Shown in pieces: positions 11,770 through 22,763 of a DNA stretch of 64,000 nt (positions are counted from its first letter, which is position 1; each line of letters opens with the position of its first letter). The stretch spans positions 278,806-342,805 of the forward strand of contig JAHDVH010000003.1 in the NCBI GenBank assembly GCA_023382385.1, given 5' to 3'. The stretch is from a bacterium (lineage in GTDB: Bacteria; Electryoneota; RPQS01). A program made the position numbers and the translations under genes. The notes under the pieces are model-generated. The model saw nothing but the letters and a program-made list of their open reading frames with translations. It made no database searches and was not told where the DNA came from.

Positions 11770-11778
11770 CTCTGCAGC

Positions 11779-12633
11779 TCAGTTTGCATAGTTATAGAAC
11801 CCGCGCCCGGACTTGCGGCCCAAGTAGCCGGCGGCAACGTACTTTCTAAGCAGCGGGCAAGGACGATACTTTGTGTCGCCCAAATCTCGGTGCAGCACTT
11901 CCATGATCGCCAAGCAGACATCCAGACCAATCAGATCGGCCAATGCAAGCGGGCCCATAGGATGGTTCATGCCGAGTTTCATGACACCGTCGATGGCTTC
12001 GGCTTCGCCGACGCCCTCCATCAGACAATAGACTGCTTCATTGATCATCGGCATCAGAATCCGGTTGGAAACGAAGCCTGGGAAGTCGTTAACGGTGATA
12101 GGCGTCTTCCCCAGTGCCTCAGCGAACTTGACCACTGCTTCATGCGTAGCATCATCCGTTGCAAGTCCGCGAATAATCTCAACCAACTGCATCATGGGCA
12201 CTGGATTCATGAAGTGCATTCCAATGAACTTTTCAGCACGTTTCGTTGCTGCGGCAATCTGAGTGATCGAGATTGTGGAGGTGTTTGAAGCAAGAATAGC
12301 CTCAGGTTTTGCCAACGCGTCAATCTTGCCAAACAGATCTTTCTTTACGGCCTCATTCTCAACGATTGCTTCGATGATGATATCCGCCCTGGACACATCT
12401 TCGAGCTTTAAGCTTACATGAAGCCGGCCGAGTGTCGCTGACTTCTCTTCCTCGGTAAGCTTGCCCTTACTGACTTGGCGCGCGAGGTTTTTGTCAATAG
12501 CACCAAGAGCGCGATCGAGCAGCCCTTGATTCACTTCAATCAGATATACATTGCATCCATTCTGGGCACAAACGTGAGCAATACCGTTACCCATTGTGCC
12601 GCCGCCGATGACGGCTACAGTTGAAATACTCAT
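11779..12633 (-). CDS. hbd: 3-hydroxybutyryl-CoA dehydrogenase
   Basis: [37 protein letters not shown]. Confidence 0.93.
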   Translation of the reverse strand: MSISTVAVIGGGTMGNGIAHVCAQNGCNVYLIEVNQGLLDRALGAIDKNLARQVSKGKLTEEEKSATLGRLHVSLKLEDVSRADIIIEAIVENEAVKKDLFGKIDALAKPEAILASNTSTISITQIAAATKRAEKFIGMHFMNPVPMMQLVEIIRGLATDDATHEAVVKFAEALGKTPITVNDFPGFVSNRILMPMINEAVYCLMEGVGEAEAIDGVMKLGMNHPMGPLALADLIGLDVCLAIMEVLHRDLGDTKYRPCPLLRKYVAAGYLGRKSGRGFYNYAN

Positions 12634-12715
12634 GAGGATTCTCTTATGGTCTCTCCGGTTGGATTACGGAATTCCGTCCGGAACAATTTGTGTGATTTAG
12701 CTGCACTAATGAGGT

Positions 12716-13897
12716 CTACAGCATCTCGACTGCCAATGCCGTCGCTTCTCCACCGCCGTTACAAATTCCAACTATGCCGCGCTTTCCGCCGCGATCCTGA
12801 AGTGCATGAATCAGTGTTACCAAAATACGGCAACCTGAAGAGCCGATGGGATGGCCCAGCGCGACTGCTCCTCCCCAGACATTTACCTTCTCAGACTTGA
12901 CGCCAATTTCCTTCGCGTTATAGAGACCAACAACCGCAAAAGCTTCGTTCAATTCGAACAGATCTACATCCGTTGCCTTCCAGTCAATCCGGCGCAGCAG
13001 TTTCTGCACTGCCGGAGCCGGCGCTGTAGCAAACCACTCGGGGGCATGGCTGTAGGTTGTGTAGCCGACGATCCTTGCAAGTGGCTTGAGGCCACGTCGC
13101 CCGGCTTCCTCGGACGACATCACCATAACAGCCGAAGCACCGTCATTTATCTTGGAGGCATTTGCAGCAGTGATCGTTCCGTCTTTCTCAAAGGCCGGTT
13201 TTAGCTGCGCCATCTTGTCGAAATTCACTTTGCCTGGTTCTTCATCCACATCGACAGAGACTTCGCCTTTCCTGTCCTTAATGACAACCGGCACGATTTC
13301 ACTATTGAATTTGCCGTCTTTAATGGCTGCCTGTGCTCTGCGATAAGATTCAGACGCGAACTCGTCTTGCTGCTCACGACTAATCTTGTGCTCGCGCGCG
13401 CACATTTCTGCACACTGTCCCATGTGGATGTTCTTGTACGGATCCCAGAGACCATCGAGGATCATCATGTCATTAAGCGCACCGTGTCCGAGACGATAGC
13501 CACCGCGGGCACGGTCCAAAACGTAGGGAGACATCGACATGTTTTCCATTCCCCCAGCAAGCATAATTTTCGCTTCGCCAAGCGATACCGTCTGTGCAGC
13601 GGACATGACAGCACGTAGGCCGGATGAACAAACTTTGTTCACCGTCCACGCCGACGACGTGTCGGGAATTCCGGCAAATAGTGCCGCCTGTCGCGCGGGC
13701 GCCTGTCCGACGCCGCCCTGCAGGACTTGACCAAGAATTACTTCGTCGACTTCGCGAGGCTCAACTTGTGAACGATCGAGATTTGCCTTAAGGACATGTG
13801 CGGCCAGCGCTGTGGCCGGCACAGCCGCAAACGATCCCATGAAAGATCCAATGGCCGTGCGCGCTGCGCTAGTAATAACAGGTGTGTTTGGGTGCAT
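12716..13897 (-). CDS. Acetyl-CoA C-acetyltransferase (thiolase)
   Basis: [25 protein letters not shown]. Confidence 0.95.
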   Translation of the reverse strand: MHPNTPVITSAARTAIGSFMGSFAAVPATALAAHVLKANLDRSQVEPREVDEVILGQVLQGGVGQAPARQAALFAGIPDTSSAWTVNKVCSSGLRAVMSAAQTVSLGEAKIMLAGGMENMSMSPYVLDRARGGYRLGHGALNDMMILDGLWDPYKNIHMGQCAEMCAREHKISREQQDEFASESYRRAQAAIKDGKFNSEIVPVVIKDRKGEVSVDVDEEPGKVNFDKMAQLKPAFEKDGTITAANASKINDGASAVMVMSSEEAGRRGLKPLARIVGYTTYSHAPEWFATAPAPAVQKLLRRIDWKATDVDLFELNEAFAVVGLYNAKEIGVKSEKVNVWGGAVALGHPIGSSGCRILVTLIHALQDRGGKRGIVGICNGGGEATALAVEML

Positions 13898-13956
13898 GAC
13901 TTTAAAATCACCGATTTATAGTTGTAAATTGAACGGAATTGTCAGTGTGGAAAAAA

Positions 13957-14811
13957 CTACAAGGTTAAGTGTTGAAACTTGAATTCTCCGGGAGCTATCT
14001 CTCGCAGGTGTCCGACTCGGTTGCGGGGCGCATGGACGAGGACGACAGCGTCCATGTCTTTAGCAGCCTGCGTCATAAACTTCAACTTTGCCTGTCTTAA
14101 CTCTTCTGGATTCTGGTCGTACGACATTCCGCTTTCAAGTGAAAGTTGTGCCGTCGTGGGAAGCACGTCGCTGAGGTACATCACACGCTTTCCTCCTTGC
14201 GGACCGATCCGCACAACCTGATGGCCGGGCGAATGACCGCCACTCCAATGAACGCTTAGCCAAGGCAGAATTTGCTGGTCTTCCTCGTCAATCAAGTCAA
14301 GTCTGCCCATGCTAACGAGTGGTTCGAAATCCTCCGGCGCATAGCCGTCGTCTCCGGCGGCGACGCCGTCGCGGGCACCTTGAAGCTCTCGGCGCTGCAG
14401 GACATAACGCGCCTTGGGAAACGTGGGTTCAAGCTGGCCTCCGTGTCCGACAGTCGTGCACGCTCCGGCGTGATCCCAGTGCAAATGTGTCAATACGACC
14501 GTATCAACCTGTTCGCGACGAACACCAAGCTCTTTTAGCTGCGACAATACTCGGCGCGGCCAATCGAGATTGTAGTTTCGTCGCTGCGCAGCGCGCTCTT
14601 TGTCTCCGGTACCAGGGTCTATCAGCACTGTCCTATCTTCGCTTCGGACAAGAAGACTATTGAAGCCTACCTTGATTCGAGGACGAAATCTGGTTTTGTC
14701 AAGTAACTCGGCACTGCGACCTCTTGAAATCTTAACAAACGTCTCTGGTCGCAACTCGAATAGCCCGTCATCGAGCAAATCCAGACGAAGGCCACCTAAG
14801 TCAAATTTCAC
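13957..14811 (-). CDS. MBL-fold metallo-hydrolase (YtnP/lactonase-like)
   Basis: THLHWDHAG, GHSPGH, SDVLP, VHAP. Confidence 0.85.
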   Translation of the reverse strand: MKFDLGGLRLDLLDDGLFELRPETFVKISRGRSAELLDKTRFRPRIKVGFNSLLVRSEDRTVLIDPGTGDKERAAQRRNYNLDWPRRVLSQLKELGVRREQVDTVVLTHLHWDHAGACTTVGHGGQLEPTFPKARYVLQRRELQGARDGVAAGDDGYAPEDFEPLVSMGRLDLIDEEDQQILPWLSVHWSGGHSPGHQVVRIGPQGGKRVMYLSDVLPTTAQLSLESGMSYDQNPEELRQAKLKFMTQAAKDMDAVVLVHAPRNRVGHLREIAPGEFKFQHLTL

Positions 14812-14868
14812 GTCATGCCTCTGCTTGCGAATACCAAGCTAAGCCTTGGCACCATTCCCCAAAAGCGC

Positions 14869-16035
14869 TCAGGACTGATCCCATTCTTTAAGAATCGAAC
14901 GTGCGATCACCATGCGCTGAATCTCGGATGTTCCTTCGCCGATTTCCGTCAGTTTGTTATCGCGAAACATGCGTTCGACAGGGTATTCACGTACGTAACC
15001 GTATCCTCCGTGAAGCTGTATCGCTTGAGACGTTACGCGAGCGGACATCTCGCTGGCAAAGAGCTTTGCCATAGCGGCTTCCCTTGAGAAGTCTTCTCCG
15101 TTATCTTTCCGCCGGGCGGCATCGAAAATCAGATGACGCGCGGCTTCGATTTGCACGTGCATGTCAGCAAGTTTAAACTGGGTCGCTTGAAAGTCCGCGA
15201 TCCGCTGATCAAATGCCTTGCGACCGGTGGTATACTTTAGAGTTTCGAGATAGGCACCTTCCGCAAGTCCCAAGGCCATCGCTCCGATTGAGATTCTGCC
15301 TCCATCGAGCGTCATGAGCATCTGTTTAAAGCCTTCGCCGGGTTTGCCTAATAAATTCTCTTTGGGGACCTTGACGTCATTGAAGTGTAAGACCACCGTA
15401 TCAGATCCACGGACGCCAAGTTTTCGTTCTTTCTTCCCGACAGCAAATCCTTCCCAATCTCGTTCGATAATAAAGCAGCTTATTCCCCGTGTACCTTTAC
15501 CCTTCTCGGTGATCGCGCTTACGACGTAGGTCTTTGAGTGAGAACCGTTCGTGCAGTAAATCTTCGTGCCGTTGAGCAAATAGTGATCACCCATATCCAC
15601 GGCAGCCGTTTTGGTCGCCCCCGCATCGCTACCAGCTTGAGGTTCCGTTAAACCAAAACCTCCCATGTGCGCACCAGCACACAGCTCAGGCAAATATTTC
15701 TTCTTTTGCGCCTCAGTACCAAACAGATAAATCGGCCCGCAACCTAACGAGATGTGCGCGGCCAAACCCAACGCAGTAGAGCCGCATACTTTTGCGATCT
15801 CCTCGACAGCGAGCGCGTAGGACACATAGTCCATTCCGGCGCCGCCATACTCATCAGGATAAGGTATTCCCATCAATCCAAGCTCACCCATTTCCGCAAA
15901 AATCTCTTCGGGGAATCGCTCGGTTTCATCAATTTCGGCGGCTATGGGCTTGATTTTAGTCTCAGCAAAATCGCGCACCATGTCGCGCAGCATTTTCTGC
16001 TCTTCAGTTAGTGGCAGTCTGTCGCCCAGATTCAT
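14869..16035 (-). CDS. Acyl-CoA dehydrogenase (possibly isovaleryl-CoA)
   Basis: GLTEPQAGSDAG, GRISIGA, IGEGTSEIQ; lies in the MCC cluster. Confidence 0.9.
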   Translation of the reverse strand: MNLGDRLPLTEEQKMLRDMVRDFAETKIKPIAAEIDETERFPEEIFAEMGELGLMGIPYPDEYGGAGMDYVSYALAVEEIAKVCGSTALGLAAHISLGCGPIYLFGTEAQKKKYLPELCAGAHMGGFGLTEPQAGSDAGATKTAAVDMGDHYLLNGTKIYCTNGSHSKTYVVSAITEKGKGTRGISCFIIERDWEGFAVGKKERKLGVRGSDTVVLHFNDVKVPKENLLGKPGEGFKQMLMTLDGGRISIGAMALGLAEGAYLETLKYTTGRKAFDQRIADFQATQFKLADMHVQIEAARHLIFDAARRKDNGEDFSREAAMAKLFASEMSARVTSQAIQLHGGYGYVREYPVERMFRDNKLTEIGEGTSEIQRMVIARSILKEWDQS

Positions 16036-16050
16036 CGAGTTTTGTCTTCT

Positions 16051-16245
16051 TTAAGGTTCGTCGTAGAGATTGTCTAATGGATTATCGCCTGCGCCCTCGT
16101 TGCGCTTGCGATTCTTGCGCAACTCCTCCCGCAAGGCTTGATACTCTTCTGAAGAGATATCTGCATCACGCAATGCGCGTTCGAGCCTCTCGATCTCAGC
16201 GCTTCTTTGCTTTTTCGGAGGCAGTGGTTTTTCGGTGTTAGTCAT
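16051..16245 (-). CDS. Small charged hypothetical protein (SHOCT-like helix pair)
   Basis: ATG at 16245 overlaps the upstream stop; EIERLERALRDADISSEEYQALR. Confidence 0.55.
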   Translation of the reverse strand: MTNTEKPLPPKKQRSAEIERLERALRDADISSEEYQALREELRKNRKRNEGAGDNPLDNLYDEP

Positions 16246-17044
16246 TTCTAAGAGGGAGTAAGGATGCCAATACTTGTTCAAGATAGTCATTGGATGCCTT
16301 CGCATCCTCGATGGACACTTCCAATGTGACGGAAGGGCGCGCACCTCTGGAAAGCAATGGTCCTATCACAGAAGCGATGTTGACAACGCCTTTGCCGAGC
16401 GACCAATGCAAGTCGGCGTTTCCGTCGTTGTCACTTAAGTGTAAGTGAACTATTTGCTCTGAAAACCGCTCAATCCAGTCTGTAGCAGGAATCCGGGAAA
16501 AGCATGCAGCATGCCCTGTGTCAAAACACATCCCGAGATACGGATGCTGGATCCGCGCAAAAATGTCTTCGAATAGGCTCGTGTCCGGTTCGTACGTATT
16601 CTCTACGGCGAGCACAATGCTGTTCTCTGAAGCAACCTCAAGGAGAATACGCAGTTTACTGCAAAAAGAGTCAAGCCACTTTTCGCGTGCGGTCGGCGGA
16701 TACTGCGGCAAGAAACCAGTGTGAAGCACCATTAGCGGCGAACCAAGTACACGCGAGGCCTCGATCCCCGCCGCCAAAGATTGAAATGAATACTCTGCAA
16801 TATGATCGTCTTTGCTCGCAAGCGCAAGACTATTGAAGGGTCCATGACAAGAAACTTGTATCTGAGCGTCAGCGAGATCATCCGCAAGTCCGAGAAGCAC
16901 ATCCCACTTTGTCTTCGGCCATAACGACTCCGTACTCCCGAACATCACTTCCACACCAAGTCCAAGTTCTACGAGCTGCGGAATTGCATCCGTCACGCTT
17001 CGACTGTCCACGTACACACAGCGCGGAGTCAACGTGCTATTCAT
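16238..17044 (-). CDS. Sugar-phosphate isomerase/epimerase / AP endonuclease-2 TIM-barrel protein
   Basis: HGPF, LHTG, AVENT, CFDTGHA, HLHLSDNDG..DLH..LG.G, TLE metal ligands. Confidence 0.85.
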   Translation of the reverse strand: MNSTLTPRCVYVDSRSVTDAIPQLVELGLGVEVMFGSTESLWPKTKWDVLLGLADDLADAQIQVSCHGPFNSLALASKDDHIAEYSFQSLAAGIEASRVLGSPLMVLHTGFLPQYPPTAREKWLDSFCSKLRILLEVASENSIVLAVENTYEPDTSLFEDIFARIQHPYLGMCFDTGHAACFSRIPATDWIERFSEQIVHLHLSDNDGNADLHWSLGKGVVNIASVIGPLLSRGARPSVTLEVSIEDAKASNDYLEQVLASLLPLRND

Positions 17045-17528
17045 CTGACTCCAGACTAATCAAAAGGGCATCTGCAGAAACAGTCTGACCGACCGCAATT
17101 TCAACCTTTGATATCTTGCCGTTCCGCGGTGCGCGCAAATTATGCTCCATCTTCATCGCTTCAAGGACAGCCACAATGCGGCCGGCCTCGACAGCCTCAC
17201 CGACCGCCACATTCAATTGGATGATTGTTCCCGGCATCGGTGAGCGAATCTCATTCTGAGACCCTCCGACAGCTGATTCCAAAGCACTTACTTCAACTTC
17301 CAGAAGGTCAAGTATCCGGCCGTCGATCCACACAAATATTCGGTCTTTCTGGCGTGCGGCAAGCGTTCGATAGCGTTTTCGATCGCCATCCAGTATGAGT
17401 TGGCGACCACTGCAATCGCAACGAAAAACCGCCGTTTCATCGCCTCGCGACACTTCGATCACATCGGGCGACCTGTGAACGATCGTAGCGGTCAGTTGCT
17501 GATTACCCAATCGAAACGATTGACTCAC
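17037..17528 (-). CDS. Biotin carboxyl carrier (BT+BCCP) part of the acyl-CoA carboxylase alpha subunit
   Basis: SPMPG and EAMKM biotinylation motif; GTGA overlap with the biotin carboxylase stop. Confidence 0.88.
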   Translation of the reverse strand: MSQSFRLGNQQLTATIVHRSPDVIEVSRGDETAVFRCDCSGRQLILDGDRKRYRTLAARQKDRIFVWIDGRILDLLEVEVSALESAVGGSQNEIRSPMPGTIIQLNVAVGEAVEAGRIVAVLEAMKMEHNLRAPRNGKISKVEIAVGQTVSADALLISLESDE

Positions 17529-19027
17529 GCCCCAGCTCCAGCGGTTCTCCAATCTCCCAAGGTATGCCATGGCGATTTAGCTGACGGCTCGCCTTCGACT
17601 GTGTTGGCCGCAACTCTCATTCGGGAAGATTCATGCGCGGATGCAAGCAACGCTGCAAGCGCCTCGGCTGTTAAAACTGGCTCGGACCAGTTAGAAAAAT
17701 GTTGCTCGATGAAATGCGTCGAGAGATTGCCAGCCAGAAATTCTGGGTGCGCAAGAACATCTTGCATGTACCCAAGAGGTGAGCGAACCCCCAGCAAAAT
17801 GTAGTGTTTCAGGGCATCTCGCATGCGCGCGATCGCGTGATCTCGGTTGTCAGCCCAACAGATGACCTTACTCAATATCGGATCGTAGAACACCGGCACA
17901 TCAAAGCCTTCACGGATACCAGAGTCGACGCGCAGCCCAGGCGCATGCGGCTCTTCCAACCTCAAGATCGTACCACACGAGGGCAAGAATCCATTCGACG
18001 GATCCTCGGCGTATACACGACACTCTATGGCGTGGCCGCGAAACTGAATCTCATTCTGTGTCTTTGGAAGAGGCTCGCCCGAAGCCACGGCAAGCTGCCA
18101 GGCAACGAGGTCTTCACCGGTAACCATTTCCGTAACGGGATGTTCAACCTGCAGGCGGGCATTCACTTCGAGGAAATAGAATCTATCCCCATCCAGAAGG
18201 AATTCGACGGTACCTGCATTTAGATAGTTTGCGGCTTTTACAATGCTTATTGCAGCTTCACCCATGCGTTCCCTCAGCTCCGGGGTGAGTGCAACGCTTG
18301 GTGACTCTTCAATAATCTTCTGATGTCGCCTTTGAACAGAGCACTCTCGTTCGCCAAGATGCACCGCGTTCCCGTGCGCGTCACAGAATACTTGAAACTC
18401 AACGTGTCGAGGGTTGTCAATGTACTTTTCGAGATACACTGCTTCGTCGCCGAAGGCTGACTTCGCTTCCCGGCGAGCCGCGTCAAACGACTGCTCGACA
18501 TCCTCGGGAAATCGAACGATTCTCATCCCCTTGCCGCCGCCACCTGCAGCAGCTTTAATTAAGACGGGAAAGCCAATCTTCGTAGCTTCGTTCAGGGCTT
18601 GTTGCGCCGTCGCATCAGGCAACAGTGCGCCGGGCGTGATCGGCACCTGCTGTGCTGTTGCTAATTCACGCGATGATATCTTGTCTCCCAGTCGGCGCAT
18701 CGCGATTGCAGGTGGTCCAACGAAAATCAATCCGGCGAGCTGCACCGCCTCGGAGAATCGAGGATTTTCTGAGAGAAACCCGTAACCCGGATGAATAGCT
18801 TCGGCGCCATGTTCCCGAGCCGCAGCGATAATCTTCTCGATATCCAAGTAGCTTTCTGAGGCGGGAGAGGCTCCAATATGCACTGCTTCGTCCGCGATCT
18901 CCACGTGCAGCGCGTCACGATCTGCATCACTGTATACCGCGATTGTGCGGATTCCCAGAGCGCGAGCCGTCCGCATGACTCGCACTGCAATCTCGCCGCG
19001 GTTTGCAATCAGCAAAGAACGGATCAC
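17525..19027 (-). CDS. Biotin carboxylase (methylcrotonyl-CoA carboxylase alpha, BC part)
   Basis: LIANRGEIAVR, HPGYGFLSEN, GGGGKGMR, RECSVQRRHQK, EVNARLQVEHPVTE; GTG start at 19027. Confidence 0.93.
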   Translation of the reverse strand: MIRSLLIANRGEIAVRVMRTARALGIRTIAVYSDADRDALHVEIADEAVHIGASPASESYLDIEKIIAAAREHGAEAIHPGYGFLSENPRFSEAVQLAGLIFVGPPAIAMRRLGDKISSRELATAQQVPITPGALLPDATAQQALNEATKIGFPVLIKAAAGGGGKGMRIVRFPEDVEQSFDAARREAKSAFGDEAVYLEKYIDNPRHVEFQVFCDAHGNAVHLGERECSVQRRHQKIIEESPSVALTPELRERMGEAAISIVKAANYLNAGTVEFLLDGDRFYFLEVNARLQVEHPVTEMVTGEDLVAWQLAVASGEPLPKTQNEIQFRGHAIECRVYAEDPSNGFLPSCGTILRLEEPHAPGLRVDSGIREGFDVPVFYDPILSKVICWADNRDHAIARMRDALKHYILLGVRSPLGYMQDVLAHPEFLAGNLSTHFIEQHFSNWSEPVLTAEALAALLASAHESSRMRVAANTVEGEPSAKSPWHTLGDWRTAGAGA

Positions 19028-19806
19028 CGAGGCGGACTCCAAGACGGCGGCCGTTTCTCCAACAGGGCGGAAAGCCCTTCCTGTCCTTCCGGACTGACTC
19101 GTTGTCGAGCAATCCTGACGGCTGTGAAGTCGCGTGACTCTGTTATCGTTAGTCGTGGCACTTCTCGAAGTAGTTCTTTTGTCAGAGTCTGAGCAGATGA
19201 TGCCGAAAGCAGCAACTCGTTGACCCACCGATCGACCGCGTCATCAAGCTGATCCTCGGGAACGACCTCGTTCGCAAGTCCTATTCGTAGGCAATCTTCA
19301 GATGATATTCGACGGCCCGTCAGGAACAGCTCTCTCGCACGACCTTCACCGATCTTGCGTAGAACGAATGCTGAAATCGTAGCCGGGACAATTCCCAGCC
19401 TCACTTCACTAAATGCGGTCTGCGCATCACTTGCCATGATCACAATGTCGGAACAGCAAATCAAACCTGCACCGCCTCCAAATGCGCCGCCTTGAACTCG
19501 CGCGATAATCGGCTTAGGAAACTCATATGTTGCGCGAAATAGATCAAACAGCCTCTTTGCATCGCGCAGATTCTCTTCTTCAGAGACGCCAATCTGTGAG
19601 CGCATCCAATTTACATCCGCGCCGGCGCAGAAGGTCGGCCCGTCTGCGGCGAGGACAAGCACCCGCAACTCAGGGTCGCTTGCAAGGTGTGTTATGGACT
19701 CCGTCAGTTCGGCAATCATTTCCGCGTTGAATGCGTTGCGAACGTCCGCTCGCATCAGCATGAGCCGCGTAATCGGTCCGCTCTTCTCAATTCGCACGAA
19801 GCTCAT
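19024..19806 (-). CDS. Enoyl-CoA hydratase, methylglutaconyl-CoA hydratase-like (LiuC)
   Basis: RNAFN, FCAGAD, GGGAGL, SEVRLGIVPA, EGQEG; between the MCC subunits. Confidence 0.88.
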   Translation of the reverse strand: MSFVRIEKSGPITRLMLMRADVRNAFNAEMIAELTESITHLASDPELRVLVLAADGPTFCAGADVNWMRSQIGVSEEENLRDAKRLFDLFRATYEFPKPIIARVQGGAFGGGAGLICCSDIVIMASDAQTAFSEVRLGIVPATISAFVLRKIGEGRARELFLTGRRISSEDCLRIGLANEVVPEDQLDDAVDRWVNELLLSASSAQTLTKELLREVPRLTITESRDFTAVRIARQRVSPEGQEGLSALLEKRPPSWSPPR

Positions 19807-20255
19807 CGGGCACTCTCGCGTCTTGCGGTTTCAAGCGCAAGTTGGAGTTGCTGAATCCTCGCGGATCCCACGACATAATGGCGCTTACCGGTTCGGATAG
19901 CCAAGCCTTCCCCAAGTCGCATGTTGTAGTAGATCTTTCCGCGAAACTTGTGAATCCCCACACCCGCCAACAGTGGAATTTGCTCTGGGCCAATGACTTC
20001 GATCTCGGAAATGGGAATGCGCCGTGTCCATAATTTTGGCCCAAATGAAAGAACTGCGGACGTTACAAGTGTGTGCATTCGCATGAAAGCGCCGATAAAC
20101 GTACTCATGCCGATACCACATGCAAACATCAACAGAATCAGCGGGAGAGGCATGGTGGTGAATAGCGGAATCACAAAGAAAGCGGCGCCTGACATAAAAG
20201 CGAGCGGACCGCGCAAGGGAATTTCCTGAGATTCTTCAAAGATCGGTGTCTCCAT
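19803..20255 (-). CDS. Hypothetical membrane protein (2 TM plus soluble domain)
   Basis: Two N-terminal hydrophobic segments; coupled to both neighbours. Confidence 0.65.
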   Translation of the reverse strand: METPIFEESQEIPLRGPLAFMSGAAFFVIPLFTTMPLPLILLMFACGIGMSTFIGAFMRMHTLVTSAVLSFGPKLWTRRIPISEIEVIGPEQIPLLAGVGIHKFRGKIYYNMRLGEGLAIRTGKRHYVVGSARIQQLQLALETARRESAR

Positions 20256-20257
20256 AC

Positions 20258-21868
20258 CTACATGCGGTAGACACCCGGCTGATACTCTGGTACCGGTGCA
20301 TTGGCGGACATGGCGATACCGAGACCAATCGCGTCACGGGTGGACAAAGGATCCAGTATGCCGTCATCCCAAAGGCGTGCTGTTGAGTAATAGGGATTCC
20401 CCTCGCGCTCGTATTGCTCAAGCACTGGCTTGCGAATGTTCTCGGCGGCTTCGTCTGAAAGAGTCTGCCCCTTCGCCTCCAATTGCTCACGTTTGACTTG
20501 AACCAACACGTCTGCAGCCTGTTGTGACCCCATAACGCTTATTCGAGAATGCGGCCACATCCAGAGAAGCCGAGGACTATAGCCCCTTCCACACATGGCA
20601 TAATTCCCCGCACCCGCCGAGGAGCCTATCACCACGGAAAACTTTGGAACATTGGCGCATGCAACCGCGTGCACCATTTTTGCTCCATCTGAAGCGATTG
20701 CCCCGTGCTCGTATTCTTTGCCGACAATAAAGCCGGTAATGTTTTGAAGGAACACCAGTGGGATCTTACGTAGACAACACAGCTCGATGAAGTGTGCACC
20801 TTTCTTGGCAGACTCTCCGAACAGAACGCCGTTATTCGCAATGATCCCGACAAGATAGCCGTGAATCCGTGCAAACCCGCATATCAAAGTTGTTCCATAA
20901 CGAGCTTTGAATTCCTGAAAGCGAGATCCGTCCACGATGCGGGCGATGACTTCCTTCATGTTGAACGGTTTGCGCACGTCCACCGGGACAAGTCCGAGCA
21001 ACTCTTTAGGATCGTAGTAGGGTTCTTCCGGCGAAGTCTGATCAAACTCGAATTTCGGCCTTGGACCAAGCGATTCAATAATCGAACGCGCAATGTCGAG
21101 CGCATGCGCATCGTTCTCGGCAAAGTGATCGGCAACTCCGGATACCCGAGTATGAACGTCCGCACCACCAAGCTCCTCAGCGGTGACTTCGATGCCAGTC
21201 GCTGCTTTAACGAGAGGGGGTCCTCCAATAAAAATCGTACCGGTTCCCTTTACGATCACGGTTTCGTCTGACATCGCGGGTACATATGCGCCACCCGCCG
21301 TACACGATCCCATGACGATTGCGACTTGCGGAATTCTCTGTGCGCTTAAATTTGCCTGATTGAAGAAGATCCGCCCGAAATGGTCGCGGTCGGCGAAAGT
21401 TCCCGCCTGCTCAGGCAGAAAGATACCCCCCGAGTCCACCAGATAGACGCAGGGCAGATGGTTGTGCAGCGCTATTTCCTGTGCCCGCAGGTGTTTCTTG
21501 ATCGTCATCGGGAAATACGTTCCCCCCTTGACGGTAGCGTCATTTGCTACCACGAGAACCTCGCGGCCATGCACAACACCAATCCCTGTCACGATTCCCG
21601 CTCCGGGCGCTTCATCTCCGTACATTCCAATGGCCGCAAGGGGGCTTAGCTCGAGAAAGGGAGAATGAGGGTCGAATAGGCGATTTAGCCGCTCGCGAAC
21701 AGGCAACTTGCCGCGTTCAACGTGACGATCGATATGCTGCTGAGGTCCGCCGGCCGGGAAAAGCAAGTTCAGCTTGGCGCGCAATTCGTCGACGAGCGCA
21801 CTCATCGCCTTCGCGTTTTCAGCAAAGCCCGGGTCGGAGGTGCGAATGTTGGTCGAAAGCCGTTTCAA
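20258..21868 (-). CDS. mccB: Methylcrotonyl-CoA carboxylase beta subunit
   Basis: [47 protein letters not shown]. Confidence 0.92.
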   Translation of the reverse strand: MKRLSTNIRTSDPGFAENAKAMSALVDELRAKLNLLFPAGGPQQHIDRHVERGKLPVRERLNRLFDPHSPFLELSPLAAIGMYGDEAPGAGIVTGIGVVHGREVLVVANDATVKGGTYFPMTIKKHLRAQEIALHNHLPCVYLVDSGGIFLPEQAGTFADRDHFGRIFFNQANLSAQRIPQVAIVMGSCTAGGAYVPAMSDETVIVKGTGTIFIGGPPLVKAATGIEVTAEELGGADVHTRVSGVADHFAENDAHALDIARSIIESLGPRPKFEFDQTSPEEPYYDPKELLGLVPVDVRKPFNMKEVIARIVDGSRFQEFKARYGTTLICGFARIHGYLVGIIANNGVLFGESAKKGAHFIELCCLRKIPLVFLQNITGFIVGKEYEHGAIASDGAKMVHAVACANVPKFSVVIGSSAGAGNYAMCGRGYSPRLLWMWPHSRISVMGSQQAADVLVQVKREQLEAKGQTLSDEAAENIRKPVLEQYEREGNPYYSTARLWDDGILDPLSTRDAIGLGIAMSANAPVPEYQPGVYRM

Positions 21869-21883
21869 TGAGCGCCTGTGGAA

Positions 21884-22750
21884 TCAGTTTGCTTCGTTGG
21901 ACTTGCGAATCGTAATTGTCCCATTGGCCGTGCTACAGTCTACCTTGTGTTGGCCACCATTGACTATGAGTTCCAAGTTCTCGCCTATTATGCCGCCATC
22001 GTTGGCGTCGCCCCAGTCTGTCTTAATGGACCCCTTGACCATGGAACTTCCTTTAATAGTGAAGCTTGACGATTCCGGCACGGCGATGTCAATCTCACCA
22101 TTTGCGGTCGATGCGAAAATATCTCCGGCAAGCTGCTTCAGGATTCTGACAGACGCTCTGCCATTCGCTGTGCTCACATGGCAGCTGCCATGCAAATCTG
22201 AGGCTTGGATCGCGACTTTGCCGTTGGCGCACGAAGCATCAAGTCGTCCAGTGACGTTGGCGTCACTGATAAAATGGATTTCTCCGTTCGCGCAAGACAA
22301 CTCTGCATCGCTCGTCATCTCGCGCACGTTGAGAGTTCCATTTGCGCAGGAGCCTTGCAGTTTCACGGTGCCCGGAGCTCTTACATCAAAATCAAGATTC
22401 GCAACAACGTCTGCGAGGTCTTTCGCAAATTTGGGATACACACCAGCGATCCTGACTTCTGCGCCCTCTTTCCTTACTGTGGGCTTTAGCCCCTCGAGAT
22501 ATCTTTGCCCTTCCTCAAGGTCTTGTGCGCGGACCTCAACGTAAGCGACCACGGAAATCGCTTGACGTTCTTCACCGCTCAGATCAAGTCTTCCATTGAC
22601 CAATTCGCAGGCGAGAAACTTTACGCCCGCGGCCGATTCTTCAAATCGGACGGTATCCCGATAGACATACTCATTGCCTTCCTTTACGAATTCTGCGGCA
22701 AGCAGCTGCGAACAAAGGAGTGCAATACCAAGCGTGACGAAAGTCTTCAT
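21884..22750 (-). CDS. Secreted DUF4097-like beta-strand repeat protein
   Basis: Signal peptide; repeated S(C/T)ANG-x-I motifs. Confidence 0.75.
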   Translation of the reverse strand: MKTFVTLGIALLCSQLLAAEFVKEGNEYVYRDTVRFEESAAGVKFLACELVNGRLDLSGEERQAISVVAYVEVRAQDLEEGQRYLEGLKPTVRKEGAEVRIAGVYPKFAKDLADVVANLDFDVRAPGTVKLQGSCANGTLNVREMTSDAELSCANGEIHFISDANVTGRLDASCANGKVAIQASDLHGSCHVSTANGRASVRILKQLAGDIFASTANGEIDIAVPESSSFTIKGSSMVKGSIKTDWGDANDGGIIGENLELIVNGGQHKVDCSTANGTITIRKSNEAN

Positions 22751-22763
22751 GAAAAATCCCGAC

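Noticed and set aside
12666..12677. Palindrome ACGGAATTCCGT between thiolase and hbd
   Set aside because: Single short instance with no second copy seen.
19028..19228. N-terminal extensions in the ORF track (biotin carboxylase; also xerC, rsmD, hrcA, osmC, GAF)
   Set aside because: They overlap neighbouring genes or promoter regions; downstream starts with SD or GTGA/ATGA coupling fit family lengths better.
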